DNA of 64,000 nt, taken from positions 320,001-384,000 of the forward strand of contig CAWFQK010000004.1 of NCBI GenBank assembly GCA_963817955.1, read 5' to 3'. The first letter of the stretch is position 1, and the number at the start of each line of letters is the position of its first letter. The translations under genes and the position numbers were made by a program. Below are positions 12,277-21,714 of the stretch, one piece after another. Below the pieces are notes generated by a model. The model saw nothing but the letters and a program-made list of their open reading frames with translations, was not told the origin of the DNA and ran no database searches. Source of the DNA: an uncultured Gemmatimonadaceae bacterium (GTDB lineage Bacteria; Gemmatimonadota; Gemmatimonadetes; Gemmatimonadales; Gemmatimonadaceae).

Positions 12277-13410
12277 GTGACCCTACGTCGCGGACATCCA
12301 GGGTTCCTCCTCCTCGAGGATGGAACCCTGTTTCGTGGAAGCCTGATCGGTCACCAGGAGCCGACGGTGGCTGAAGTCGTGTTCACCACGAACATGAGCG
12401 GCTATCAGGAAGTATTCACCGATCCGTCGTATCGCGGCCAAACGGTTGTGATGACGGCGCCGATGATCGGCAACTACGGCGTGAATGCATCCGATCCTGA
12501 GTCATCGGATGCCCAAATCGCGGGCGTCGTGGTGCGCGAGATGTCCCGCGCGTATTCGAACTGGCGTGCCGACGGCGATCTGCTCTCGTGGCTTGATGCC
12601 GCTCATGTGCCGGTGCTCGAAGAAGTTGATACGCGTCGCCTCACGCGGTATCTGAGAACCGCGGGCTCCATGCGCGGCGTGATCGCGCCAGGGACGGCAC
12701 CGACGCGCGAAGCACTCGCGGCGCTAGACGCGTGCCCGCCCATGGAAGGACTCGACCTCGCGTCCGTGGTGACGACGCCTGAGCCGTACACGTTTGGGAA
12801 TGCAGACGCACCATACCACATTGTGGCGTATGACTACGGCATCAAGCGCAACATTCTGCGCCTGTTCGCCGAACACGACTGTCGCGTTACGGTCGTTCCG
12901 GCCAAGACGCCGGCCGAGGCCGTACTCGCGATGAAGCCAAACGGTGTCTTCCTCTCCAACGGCCCTGGAGATCCTGCCGCGGTATCGTACGCACCGGACA
13001 CCGTGCGTTCGATCGCCGAGCAGAATGTGCCGATCTTCGGTATCTGCCTGGGGCATCAGATCTTGGCGCTCACATATGGTGCGCGCACAGAGAAAATGCC
13101 CTATGGTCACCGCGGTGGAAATCACCCGGTGAAGGAGCTCGCCACTGGCCGTGTGCTGATCACCGCGCAGAATCATGGGTTTTCCGTTGCAGGCGAGGAA
13201 TCCGCGATCCCCGGCGCGCCGGACTTGAGGGTGACTCACGTGAACCTCAACGATGGCTCAGTCGAGGGTCTTCGTCACCGAGAGAAGCCGATCTTTGCCG
13301 TGCAGTATCATCCGGAAGCCGCGCCAGGACCGCATGACGGGCGCCCGATGTTCGACGACTTCATGGAAACCGTCCGTTCACACGCTGGCCTAAGTGGCCC
13401 AAACTCTTGA
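12277..13410 (+). CDS. carA: Carbamoyl-phosphate synthase small (glutaminase) subunit
   Basis: EVVFTTNMSGYQEVFTDPSY, LSNGPGDP, GICLGHQ, QNHGF, QYHPEA. Confidence 0.97.
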   Translation: MTLRRGHPGFLLLEDGTLFRGSLIGHQEPTVAEVVFTTNMSGYQEVFTDPSYRGQTVVMTAPMIGNYGVNASDPESSDAQIAGVVVREMSRAYSNWRADGDLLSWLDAAHVPVLEEVDTRRLTRYLRTAGSMRGVIAPGTAPTREALAALDACPPMEGLDLASVVTTPEPYTFGNADAPYHIVAYDYGIKRNILRLFAEHDCRVTVVPAKTPAEAVLAMKPNGVFLSNGPGDPAAVSYAPDTVRSIAEQNVPIFGICLGHQILALTYGARTEKMPYGHRGGNHPVKELATGRVLITAQNHGFSVAGEESAIPGAPDLRVTHVNLNDGSVEGLRHREKPIFAVQYHPEAAPGPHDGRPMFDDFMETVRSHAGLSGPNS

Positions 13411-13436
13411 CACATAAGAGTTAACGTCGCTAAGTT
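13407..13436 (+). promoter_or_regulatory. Candidate sigma70 promoter for the HU/IHF gene
   Basis: Perfect TTGACA 13407-13412 (overlaps carA stop), 18 nt, TAAGTT 13431-13436. Confidence 0.6.
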
Positions 13437-13484
13437 CGGTATGCGTCTCCGGCTCCCCGGGCGCTTGAACACGAGGCATTTCGC

Positions 13485-13826
13485 ATGACCAAAGCCGACC
13501 TGGTCGAAAGAGTCACAGCCCAGATTTCCCGCACGGCTGGGCCGATGATTTCCAAGAAAGATTGCGCTCGCGTCGTCGACGCCTTCCTCGAGTCCATCAA
13601 GGAAGCTCTGCAGGCTCAAAAGAACATCGAAGTGCGCGGGTTTGGCACCTTCAAGATTCGACACCGCAAGACGCGGATGGCTCGAAACCCACGGACGGGC
13701 TCGCCAGTCGAAGTTTCAGCCCGACCGGTTCCGGTTTTCAAGCCATCCAAGGAGTTGCGCGCCATGGTTGCGGGTGTCGACATCTCGCAGCTCGAGGACG
13801 ACATCGAGGAAATGTCGGAAGCGTAA
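13485..13826 (+). CDS. HU/IHF family DNA-binding protein with acidic C-terminal tail
   Basis: MTKADLV, IEVRGFGTF, ARNPRTG, PVFKPSKELR. Confidence 0.95.
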   Translation: MTKADLVERVTAQISRTAGPMISKKDCARVVDAFLESIKEALQAQKNIEVRGFGTFKIRHRKTRMARNPRTGSPVEVSARPVPVFKPSKELRAMVAGVDISQLEDDIEEMSEA

Positions 13827-13849
13827 GCACTGCAGTGTCATGCATGTAC

Positions 13850-13879
13850 ACGGCTCGATGCCACGCGGCATCGGGCCGT
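13850..13879 (+). terminator. GC-rich stem-loop after the HU/IHF gene (possible terminator, no clear U tract)
   Basis: ACGGCTCGATGCC-acgc-GGCATCGGGCCGT, 13-bp stem with one G-U pair. Confidence 0.5.
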
Positions 13880-13886
13880 CGTCGTC

Positions 13887-13924
13887 TTCCCACCATGAGC
13901 GTGTTCAGGTAGCATCAAATCATG
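13887..13924 (+). promoter_or_regulatory. Candidate leaderless promoter for moaDEA
   Basis: TTCCCA-17-TAGCAT-6 nt-ATG 13922; no SD. Confidence 0.5.
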
Positions 13925-14164
13925 ACTGTGACCGTGCTGCTCTTCGCATCGTATGCCGACACCATTGGAACGGATTCGATGTCGATCGACGTGTCCGCGG
14001 GCGCTACAGTCGCGGACGTCATCGGTCATGTGCGCGCGCTTCCCGGTGCCCAGTGTCTGCCGCCTGATCCGCTCGTCGCGGTAAACGAATGCTACGCCCG
14101 TCGCGATCGAGTGCTCGCGGCGGGCGACGAAATGGCCATCATTCCACCGGTTGCAGGTGGCTGA
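13922..14164 (+). CDS. moaD: Molybdopterin synthase sulfur carrier
   Basis: VLLFA, AVN, IIPPVAGG C-terminal di-Gly. Confidence 0.93.
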   Translation: MTVTVLLFASYADTIGTDSMSIDVSAGATVADVIGHVRALPGAQCLPPDPLVAVNECYARRDRVLAAGDEMAIIPPVAGG

Positions 14165-14655
14165 TGCGTACTGCAATGGTCGACCGTTCGATCGATGCCG
14201 CGGCGCTTGCGGATGAGGTGGCGCGCTACGCAAACGGCGCGACCGTGGTCTTCATCGGCACGGTGCGGGATGTTAACGACGGACGTGCGGTGAGTGGCAT
14301 GGAGTACCGCGCCTACCGCTCGATGGCCGAGCGCGAGCTCGCCGATATCGTGCGCGAGGCATGCGAACGTTTCAGCACGATGGATATCGTTGTCGAACAT
14401 CGGCTTGGCACGCTCGGTCTGGGCGACACCAGCGTCGCGATCGCCGTCGCACATCCACACCGCGGGGCTGCATTCGACGCGAGCCGCTACGTCATTGAAC
14501 AGTTGAAGCAACGCGTGCCGATCTGGAAGCTCGAGCACTACGCCGACGGCACGCGCCAATGGGTCGGGGCAGGAAGGACCCCCGACACGAAGCGCGAAAC
14601 ACTGGACGTGACGAACGAGCCACGGGACACGCGACAGGAGACGAGCGATGTCTGA
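14164..14655 (+). CDS. moaE: Molybdopterin synthase catalytic subunit
   Basis: GATVVFIGTVR, HRLG, HPHR, LKQRVPIWKLE. Confidence 0.95.
   Translation: MRTAMVDRSIDAAALADEVARYANGATVVFIGTVRDVNDGRAVSGMEYRAYRSMAERELADIVREACERFSTMDIVVEHRLGTLGLGDTSVAIAVAHPHRGAAFDASRYVIEQLKQRVPIWKLEHYADGTRQWVGAGRTPDTKRETLDVTNEPRDTRQETSDV
14584..14646 (+). repeat. Degenerate heptamer tandem repeat (about 9 units, consensus GACACGA) in the moaE 3' end
   Basis: GACACGA AGCGCGA AACACTG GACGTGA CGAACGA GCCACGG GACACGC GACAGGA GACGAGC. Confidence 0.55.
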
Positions 14656-15667
14656 GCACGCATCCCCAAACCCGGCGCCCGCGTCTCAAGTCACGCTGCG
14701 CGATCAGTTCGGCCGCAGTATTGAATACCTTCGCATCTCGGTCACCGACCGATGCAACTTCCGCTGCGTCTACTGCATGCCGGAGGTCGGAATGCAGTGG
14801 CTCCCGAAGGCGCAGATCTTGTCGTACGAAGAGATCGCCGAAGTGGTGCGCCAGCTCGCGCCACTCGGATTGCGCCGGTTGCGCATCACCGGCGGCGAAC
14901 CGACGATTCGCCCGCAGATTCACGAGCTCATTCGCATGCTGCGCGCGATTCCGGGCATCACCGACATCGCGTTGTCAACGAACGGCGTCCGTCTGCCCGA
15001 GTTGTCGCAGACGCTGCGCGACACGGGACTCGACCGCATCAACATGAGCGTCGACAGTCTGCGCGCCGATCGCATCAGCGAGATTGCGCGGCGCAATCTC
15101 GGATTTGATCCGGTGCGCGCGGCGCGCGCGGCGGAGGACGCTGGACTGGATCCGATCAAGCTGAACACGGTGGTGATGCGCGGTGTGAACGATGACGAGA
15201 TCGAAGATCTCGCGCGATTGACGATTGATCATCCATGGCATGTTCGGTTCATCGAGCTGATGCCGGTGGGCGACATGCGCGGGCTCACATGGGAGCACGT
15301 AGTACCGAGCGCTGAGATACTCGCCCGTCTGTGCGCGGTGGCACCGCTGGCGTCGGCCGCGGGACCGATGAAGGGCAATGGACCGGCCGAGTACTATCAG
15401 TGGGCGGGTGCCGCTGGCACGATCGGCGTCATCACGCCGATGACGCACACGTATTGCGCATCGTGCAATCGCGTGCGCCTCACCGCGGATGGACGCCTGC
15501 GCACGTGTCTCTTCGGCGATCACGAGGTGGACTTGCGAGAACCGTTGCGCGCTGGCCAGGCGCTGGAGCCGCTGTTTCGCTTGGCATTAGCGGACAAGCC
15601 CAAGGAGCATTCCCTCTTGCAGTTGAAGGTCGGCGGCCTGCGAGCGCTCTCGCAGGTCGGCGGGTGA
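14648..15667 (+). CDS. moaA: GTP 3',8-cyclase (radical SAM)
   Basis: LRISVTDRCNFRCVYCM, TGGEP, CASCNRVR...C, C-terminal GG. Confidence 0.97.
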   Translation: MSEHASPNPAPASQVTLRDQFGRSIEYLRISVTDRCNFRCVYCMPEVGMQWLPKAQILSYEEIAEVVRQLAPLGLRRLRITGGEPTIRPQIHELIRMLRAIPGITDIALSTNGVRLPELSQTLRDTGLDRINMSVDSLRADRISEIARRNLGFDPVRAARAAEDAGLDPIKLNTVVMRGVNDDEIEDLARLTIDHPWHVRFIELMPVGDMRGLTWEHVVPSAEILARLCAVAPLASAAGPMKGNGPAEYYQWAGAAGTIGVITPMTHTYCASCNRVRLTADGRLRTCLFGDHEVDLREPLRAGQALEPLFRLALADKPKEHSLLQLKVGGLRALSQVGG

Positions 15668-15735
15668 ACCGCCGTTCACCTCACAGACCAGCTTGATTAG
15701 GTTTCGCTCCGTACTCACCTCCAAGCGAAACAATC

Positions 15736-16665
15736 ATGGTCACCAAGATTACGGTCGTCGGCGCGGGGAATGTCGGCGCGACGACCGCGCAACGTGTTGC
15801 GGAGAAGGAGTTGGCCCGCACTGTCGTGATGGTCGATGTGGTCGAGGGGATTCCGCAGGGAAAGGGACTCGACCAGTGGCAGTCCGCGCCCATTGAAGGC
15901 TTCGACTCCCGCATCGTCGGCACGAACCGGTACGAGGAAACTGCCGGATCCGATATCGTCATCATCACCGCCGGCATCGCGCGAAAGCCCGGCATGTCTC
16001 GTGATGATTTGCTCAATACCAATGCAGGCATCGTCAAGCAGGTCTGCGAGCAGATCCGGCAGACGTCGCCGAACGCGATTGTCATCATCGTATCGAATCC
16101 GCTCGACGTGATGTGCTACGTCGCGAAGCAGGTCACCGGATTCCCGCGCGAGCGGATCCTCGGCATGGCCGGCGTGCTCGACACGGCGCGGTACCGCGGA
16201 TTCCTCGCCGAGGCGCTCGACGTCTCAGTCCGCGACATCCAGGCGATGGTGCTCGGCGGTCACGGTGATACGATGGTGCCGCTGGTTTCCTACACCAGCG
16301 TGAGCGGCATCCCGATCACGCAGCTCATGGCCAAGGACAAGTTGGACGCGATCCTCGACCGCACGCGCAACGGCGGCGCCGAGATCGTGAAGCATCTGAA
16401 GACGGGATCAGCGTATTACGCCCCGTCAGCTGGCGCCGTGCAGATGGCCGAGGCGATCGTGAACGATCAGCGCCGGATTCTGCCATGCGCCGCGTGGCTT
16501 CAGGGCGAATACGGCATGAAGGATCTCTTCCTTGGCGTGCCGTGCAAGCTTGGTCGCAACGGTCTCGAGAAGATCATCGAGGTCGAGCTCACTCCGGACG
16601 AACGCAAGTCGCTCGAGAAGAGTGCGGCTGCCGTCCGCGAGCCGATGCAGGCGGTCAAGCTCTAG
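15736..16665 (+). CDS. mdh: LDH-like malate dehydrogenase
   Basis: [36 protein letters not shown]. Confidence 0.96.
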   Translation: MVTKITVVGAGNVGATTAQRVAEKELARTVVMVDVVEGIPQGKGLDQWQSAPIEGFDSRIVGTNRYEETAGSDIVIITAGIARKPGMSRDDLLNTNAGIVKQVCEQIRQTSPNAIVIIVSNPLDVMCYVAKQVTGFPRERILGMAGVLDTARYRGFLAEALDVSVRDIQAMVLGGHGDTMVPLVSYTSVSGIPITQLMAKDKLDAILDRTRNGGAEIVKHLKTGSAYYAPSAGAVQMAEAIVNDQRRILPCAAWLQGEYGMKDLFLGVPCKLGRNGLEKIIEVELTPDERKSLEKSAAAVREPMQAVKL

Positions 16666-16671
16666 CACGTA

Positions 16672-16751
16672 GGGTTGAGTTTCGCGGGTTGAAGGTGGAG
16701 GAAGGAACACGCGCGACCTTCCTCCAACCTTCGTTCCTCACCTCTCCACCC
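16672..16751. repeat. Imperfect purine/pyrimidine inverted repeat built from heptamer-like units between mdh and sdhC
   Basis: GAAGGTGGAGGAAGG (16691-16705) pairs with CCTTCCTCCAACCTTC (16717-16732); left arm GGGTTGA GTTTCGC GGGTTGA AGGTGGA GGAAGGA. Confidence 0.7.
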
Positions 16752-16761
16752 TGACCTGTCT

Positions 16762-17442
16762 ATGAATTTCTTTGCGTTTTACCGATCTACGATCGGCAAG
16801 AAGATCATTATGGGAATCACGGGGCTGATCGGCATCGGCTTCGTCATTCTGCACATGGCGGGCAACATGCAGGTCTTTATGGGCGCCGCGAAGATCAACG
16901 GGTACGGCGCCATGCTCCACGGCCCGCTGGCCGAGTTGACGTGGGTGCTCCGCCTGGTGCTCATTGCCGCCGTCGTTCTGCACGTGCTGATGGCGTACCA
17001 GCTGTGGCAGATCTCCAACGCGGCACGCCCAATCGGCTACCAAAAGAAGGTGGCGCAGGCAGCGACGCTTGCCTCCCGGACCATGAAGTGGGGCGGCGTC
17101 TTGTTGCTCATCTTCATTGTCTTCCACATCCTGCACTTCACCACCGACCAAATTGATCCGGCCGGCTGGCGAGGCATGACGGACAATGAGGGCCAGCGTG
17201 ACGTCTACGGCAACATCGTCGCGAGCTTCCACATTTGGTGGGTGGCGCTCTTCTACATCGTCGCCATGCTCGCACTCGGACTGCATCTGTATCACGGCGC
17301 ATGGGCATCACTGCGCACGCTGGGCTATGCCAAACCGTCGCCCCATCCACTCCACCGCCGCATCGCGCTCGTCGTCGCGGTGATCGTGTGGCTCGGCTTC
17401 ACGCTTCTTCCGGTCGGCGTACTCGCCGGCATTCTCCGATAA
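16762..17442 (+). CDS. sdhC: Succinate dehydrogenase cytochrome b subunit (single 5-TM anchor)
   Basis: [18 protein letters not shown], four candidate haem-ligand His, LHLYHG. Confidence 0.92.
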   Translation: MNFFAFYRSTIGKKIIMGITGLIGIGFVILHMAGNMQVFMGAAKINGYGAMLHGPLAELTWVLRLVLIAAVVLHVLMAYQLWQISNAARPIGYQKKVAQAATLASRTMKWGGVLLLIFIVFHILHFTTDQIDPAGWRGMTDNEGQRDVYGNIVASFHIWWVALFYIVAMLALGLHLYHGAWASLRTLGYAKPSPHPLHRRIALVVAVIVWLGFTLLPVGVLAGILR

Positions 17443-17447
17443 GCGCC

Positions 17448-19364
17448 ATGGAACTGCGATCCAAGACCCCCTCCGGGCCGATCGAGAAGCAGTGGGACAA
17501 GCACCGCTTCGAGATGAAGCTGGTCAATCCCGCCAACAAGCGGAAATACACCGTCATCGTCGTGGGCTCGGGACTCGCCGGCGGCGCGGCCGCCGCGTCG
17601 CTCAGCGAGCTTGGCTACAACGTCAAGTGCTTTTGCTACCAGGATTCCCCCCGTCGGGCGCACAGCATCGCTGCCCAGGGCGGCATCAATGCCGCAAAGA
17701 ATTATCAGAACGACGGCGACAGCGTCCAGCGCCTGTTCTACGACACGGTGAAGGGCGGTGATTTCCGTGCCCGCGAGTCGAACGTCTATCGCCTCGCACA
17801 GATCAGCGTGAGCATCATCGACCAGTGTGTCGCGCAAGGCGTGCCGTTCGCGCGTGAATACGGCGGCCTCTTGGCCAACCGCTCGTTCGGCGGCGCGCAG
17901 GTGTCGCGCACGTTCTACGCGCGTGGGCAGACCGGGCAGCAGTTGCTCCTCGGGTGCTATCAGGCATTGGAAAAGGAAGTTGCCAAGGGTGGCGTGACGA
18001 TGTATCCGCGCACCGAAATGCTCGACGTGGTCGTCGTCGACGGCCACGCGCGCGGCATCGTGGTCCGCAACATGGTGAGCGGCGCGATCGAGACGCATCT
18101 CGCCGACGCGGTGATCCTCGGCACCGGTGGCTACGCCAACGTTTTCTATCTTTCGACCAACGCCAAAGGCTGCAACGCCACGGCGATCTGGCGCGCCTAC
18201 CGGCGCGGAGCCGCGTTTGCGAATCCGTGCTTCACGCAGATCCATCCAACATGTATTCCGGTGGCCGGCGAGCATCAGTCCAAGCTCACGCTGATGTCGG
18301 AATCGCTGCGCAACGATGGGCGCGTGTGGGTGCCGAAGCGCAAAGAGGACTGCGGCAAGCGTCCACAGGACATTCCGGAAGCGGATCGCGACTACTATCT
18401 CGAGCGGAAGTACCCAAGCTTCGGGAACCTGTCGCCGCGCGACATCGCATCGCGGGCTGCGAAGGAAGCGTGCGACGATGGCCGCGGCGTCGGCCCGGGC
18501 GGCCGCGGCGTGTATCTCGATTTCGCCGACGCCATTCGCCGCCTCGGCAAGGATCAAATCGCCGAGCGGTACGGCAACCTGTTCGAGATGTACCAACGCA
18601 TCACGGATGAGAATCCGTATGAAGTGCCCATGCGCATCTACCCAGCACCGCACTACACGATGGGCGGTTTGTGGGTCGATTACAACTTGATGAGCACCAT
18701 CCCGGGTCTGCACGTGATCGGCGAGGCGAATTTCTCCGACCACGGCGCCAACCGTCTTGGCGCGAGCGCGCTGATGCAGGGGCTTTCGGACGGATACTTC
18801 GTCGTGCCCGTCACGATCGGCGACTACATCAGCACCAGCAAGCTCGAGCCAGTGACCGCCGATCACCCCGATGTCAAGGCAACGGAAGCCGCCGTGCGCG
18901 CGCGCACGGAGAAGCTGTTGTCGATTCAGGGTACGCGCACGGTCACGTCGTTCCACCGCGAGTTGGGCCGCATCATGTGGGAGCACTGCGGCATGGCACG
19001 CGACGCCGCGGGACTCAAGCAGGCGCTGGAACTCATTCCACGGCTACGCGAGGAATTCTGGCGCGACGTCCGTGTGCCCGGCGGTGGCGCGGAGCTCAAT
19101 CAGTCGCTCGAGTACGCCGGCCGCGTCGCTGATTTCTTCGAACTTGCCGAGTTGATGTGCATTGACGCGCTGCATCGTGAAGAGTCGTGCGGCGGGCATT
19201 TCCGGAAGGAGCACCAGACACCCGACGGTGAAGCGTTGCGCCACGACGACCGGTTCGCCTACGCGGCGGCATGGGAATTCGCCGGCGACAACAGCGCGCC
19301 GGTCCTGAACAAGGAGCCGCTGACCTTCGAGAACATCGCGTTGTCACAGCGGAGCTACAAATAA
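17448..19364 (+). CDS. sdhA: Succinate dehydrogenase/fumarate reductase flavoprotein
   Basis: [38 protein letters not shown]. Confidence 0.96.
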   Translation: MELRSKTPSGPIEKQWDKHRFEMKLVNPANKRKYTVIVVGSGLAGGAAAASLSELGYNVKCFCYQDSPRRAHSIAAQGGINAAKNYQNDGDSVQRLFYDTVKGGDFRARESNVYRLAQISVSIIDQCVAQGVPFAREYGGLLANRSFGGAQVSRTFYARGQTGQQLLLGCYQALEKEVAKGGVTMYPRTEMLDVVVVDGHARGIVVRNMVSGAIETHLADAVILGTGGYANVFYLSTNAKGCNATAIWRAYRRGAAFANPCFTQIHPTCIPVAGEHQSKLTLMSESLRNDGRVWVPKRKEDCGKRPQDIPEADRDYYLERKYPSFGNLSPRDIASRAAKEACDDGRGVGPGGRGVYLDFADAIRRLGKDQIAERYGNLFEMYQRITDENPYEVPMRIYPAPHYTMGGLWVDYNLMSTIPGLHVIGEANFSDHGANRLGASALMQGLSDGYFVVPVTIGDYISTSKLEPVTADHPDVKATEAAVRARTEKLLSIQGTRTVTSFHRELGRIMWEHCGMARDAAGLKQALELIPRLREEFWRDVRVPGGGAELNQSLEYAGRVADFFELAELMCIDALHREESCGGHFRKEHQTPDGEALRHDDRFAYAAAWEFAGDNSAPVLNKEPLTFENIALSQRSYK

Positions 19365-19366
19365 TT

Positions 19367-20140
19367 ATGAATCTCACTCTCTACGTGTGGCGGCAGACGG
19401 GCCCGAATGCCGGCGGCAAGCTGGAGCGCTACGACGCGCGCGACATCAGCGCGGACATGTCGTTCCTCGAAATGCTCGACGTCGTCAATGAGGGACTCAT
19501 CGGCGGCGGCCAGATGCCGATTGCCTTCGACCACGATTGCCGCGAAGGCATTTGCGGATCGTGCGGCATGATGATCAACGGCGTGGCGCATGGCCCCATG
19601 AAAGGCACCGCGACCTGCCAGCTCCACATGCGCAGCTTCGAAGATGGCGCGGAGATCTACATCGAGCCGTGGCGGGCGAAGGCGTTCCCGGTGATCAAGG
19701 ACCTCGTGGTGAACCGCGGCGCGCTGGACCGGATCATTGCGTCGGGCGGATTCATCAGTGTTCCGACGGGCAGTCCGCAGGATGCGAACAACCTCCCGGT
19801 GCCCAAGCAGTGCGCGGACGAGTCGATGGATGCCGCGGCATGCATCGGCTGTGGGGCCTGCGTAGCGGCATGCCCAAACGGCTCGGCATCGCTGTTCACC
19901 GCGGCGAAGATCTCTCACCTCGGATTGCTGCCGCAGGGGCAGCCCGAGCGCTATCGCCGCGCCGGGCACATGGTGTCACAAATGGACATCGAGGGCTTCG
20001 GACATTGCACGCTGCACGGTGAGTGTCAGGAAGCCTGTCCCAAGGAGATCAGCATTGATACCATCACGCGCATGAACCGGGATTACGCGGTCGCGTCGCT
20101 CACGGCGCGCGAGGAGAAGGCGGCGAGCGACGGGGGCTGA
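19367..20140 (+). CDS. sdhB: Succinate dehydrogenase iron-sulfur subunit
   Basis: [34 protein letters not shown]. Confidence 0.96.
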   Translation: MNLTLYVWRQTGPNAGGKLERYDARDISADMSFLEMLDVVNEGLIGGGQMPIAFDHDCREGICGSCGMMINGVAHGPMKGTATCQLHMRSFEDGAEIYIEPWRAKAFPVIKDLVVNRGALDRIIASGGFISVPTGSPQDANNLPVPKQCADESMDAAACIGCGACVAACPNGSASLFTAAKISHLGLLPQGQPERYRRAGHMVSQMDIEGFGHCTLHGECQEACPKEISIDTITRMNRDYAVASLTAREEKAASDGG

Positions 20141-20154
20141 ACCCGCCGTTCGTA

Positions 20155-20189
20155 GCGGATGCACGCGGTGGCGCGCCGCGTGCATCCGC
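20155..20189. terminator. Perfect 14-bp stem-loop after sdhB
   Basis: GCGGATGCACGCGG-7 nt-CCGCGTGCATCCGC; no U tract, so function uncertain. Confidence 0.6.
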
Positions 20190-20223
20190 ACCAGGCCTCG
20201 AGGCCAATCAACCCGAGGCGTCC

Positions 20224-20484
20224 ATGACGAGTCCACGACCGCGCGATCAGGGCGAGCAGATTCCGCAGGAGAGCCACCCCAATACCCAAGCCGAGCTCGG
20301 CGGAGCTGACGCGGTACAAAAGACGACATATGTGGTTGGTGAGAGCGCGGACCCGGACCGGCAGCATCGTCCTGGCACGGTCACGCCGCGTGTCAGCGCC
20401 GGCGGACGGAGTCCCCTCATGTGGATAGTCGTCGCGGTGATCGTGCTACTGGCCTTGTGGTACGCCGCCGGCATGTTCCGGTAG
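20224..20484 (+). CDS. Hypothetical 86-aa protein with C-terminal TM helix
   Basis: GAGG SD, fills the intergenic gap, hydrophobic LMWIVVAVIVLLALWYAAGMF tail. Confidence 0.65.
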   Translation: MTSPRPRDQGEQIPQESHPNTQAELGGADAVQKTTYVVGESADPDRQHRPGTVTPRVSAGGRSPLMWIVVAVIVLLALWYAAGMFR

Positions 20485-20509
20485 CAGTCCCGCCGCTCGG
20501 CACACCGCC

Positions 20510-21064
20510 TTACAGGCGTGGCAGCGTCACGCCGACCTGTCCCTGATACTTGCCAGCCTTGTCCTTGTACGAGATTTCGGGTTCTTCCGCACCGCGAAAG
20601 AACAGCACCTGCGCGATGCCCTCATTGGCGTAGATCTTTGCCGGCAGCGGCGTCGTGTTCGAGATCTCGAGCGTCACGTGACCTTCCCACTCCGGCTCGA
20701 ACGGCGTGACGTTGGTGATGATGCCGCACCGTGCGTACGTAGACTTGCCAACGGTGACGGTGAGCACGTTGCGCGGAATCCGGAAGTACTCCACCGAGCG
20801 CGCGAGCGCGAACGAGTTCGGCGGCACGATGCAGACCTCGCCCTCGAATTCGACGAACGACTTGGGGTCGAAGTCCTTTGGATCGACGATCGAGTTCAGC
20901 ACGTTGGTGAAGATCGGAACTCGCGCGCGACGCGCATGTCGTAGCCGTACGAGCTCACGCCGTACGAGATGACGCCCTTGCGCACCTGGCGGGCCTCGAA
21001 CGGTTCGATCATGCCGTGTTCACTGCGCCATGCGAGTGATCCAGCGGTCGGGCATGATGCTCAT
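20510..21064 (-). CDS. dcd: dCTP deaminase (frameshifted near its 5' end)
   Basis: MSIMPDRWI...[34 protein letters not shown]. Confidence 0.93.
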
Positions 21065-21229
21065 GGCGGAAGCGGCGAGAGTGGGAGGGAGCGAGTAGGA
21101 AGCGAAGCGCCCGCGAGTCGCATGCGGAGTGCGGCGGGAAAGTATCGAGCCCGGCCAATCGAACGTGTCGCCAAGCGGTGAGGTGGGGCGTGCACGCACA
21201 ACGTCTGCGAAACTGCGGTACACTGTCCG

Positions 21230-21259
21230 TTGACACCGTGTCGCGAGGCCCGATAACTT
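21230..21259 (+). promoter_or_regulatory. Candidate sigma70 promoter of the nuo operon
   Basis: TTGACA 21230-21235, 18 nt, TAACTT 21254-21259. Confidence 0.6.
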
Positions 21260-21272
21260 TCCGCCGCTGGAC

Positions 21273-21292
21273 TTAGTGAAAGATTTCACGAA
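21273..21292. promoter_or_regulatory. Palindromic operator resembling a Rex box
   Basis: TTAGTGAAAGATTTCACGAA = GTGAA-N4-TTCAC core, between the promoter and the nuoA ATG. Confidence 0.65.
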
Positions 21293-21303
21293 GTTTGAGA
21301 CTC

Positions 21304-21714
21304 ATGGATCACTACGTACTTCCCGGTCCTGCTGCTGCTCGGGCTTCGTCATCGTCAACGCGATGATGATCCTTGGCCTCTCTGCACCTCACGCTCCGAT
21401 CGCAGACCGACCCCGGTGAAGCAGGTTCCTTACGAGTCGGGCATGCCGCCGCTCGGCGACGCGCGTGAACGCTTCTCCGTGAAGTTCTACATGGTCGCGG
21501 TGCTGTTCATCTGTTCGACATCGAGACGGTATTCATGATCCCGTGGGGCGCGTACTACCGCCAGCTGTCATGCGCCGTGCCGACTCGTGAATGGCGCCTG
21601 CCCGGCCGGCAGGTCTCAGCTCTTCGGCCTATCGGCGAGATGCTCGTCTTCATCGCGATCCTCCTCGTGGGATACGTCTACGTCTGGAAGAAGGGAGCGC
21701 TGCAATGGGACTGA
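21304..21714 (+). CDS. nuoA: NADH-quinone oxidoreductase subunit A (frameshifted)
   Basis: [34 protein letters not shown]. Confidence 0.9.

Noticed and set aside
13827..13921. Moco riboswitch upstream of moaD
   Set aside because: Spacer is only about 95 nt and is explained by one hairpin plus a leaderless-type promoter; I cannot recognise the motif
15663..15680. Second Rex-like box before mdh (GGTGAAC-cgcc-GTTCACC)
   Set aside because: Spacer is 2 nt too long and GC-rich; more likely a small hairpin at the moaA stop
17325..18986. Long antisense ORFs (e.g. 17325-18986, 40656-42146, 54916-56541, 62192-63421)
   Set aside because: Shadow ORFs typical of high-GC codon bias opposite well-supported genes; no recognisable motifs
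21065..21140. Purine-rich quasi-repeat upstream of dcd
   Set aside because: Spacing of GAGT units is irregular and the region is low quality, so periodicity cannot be supported
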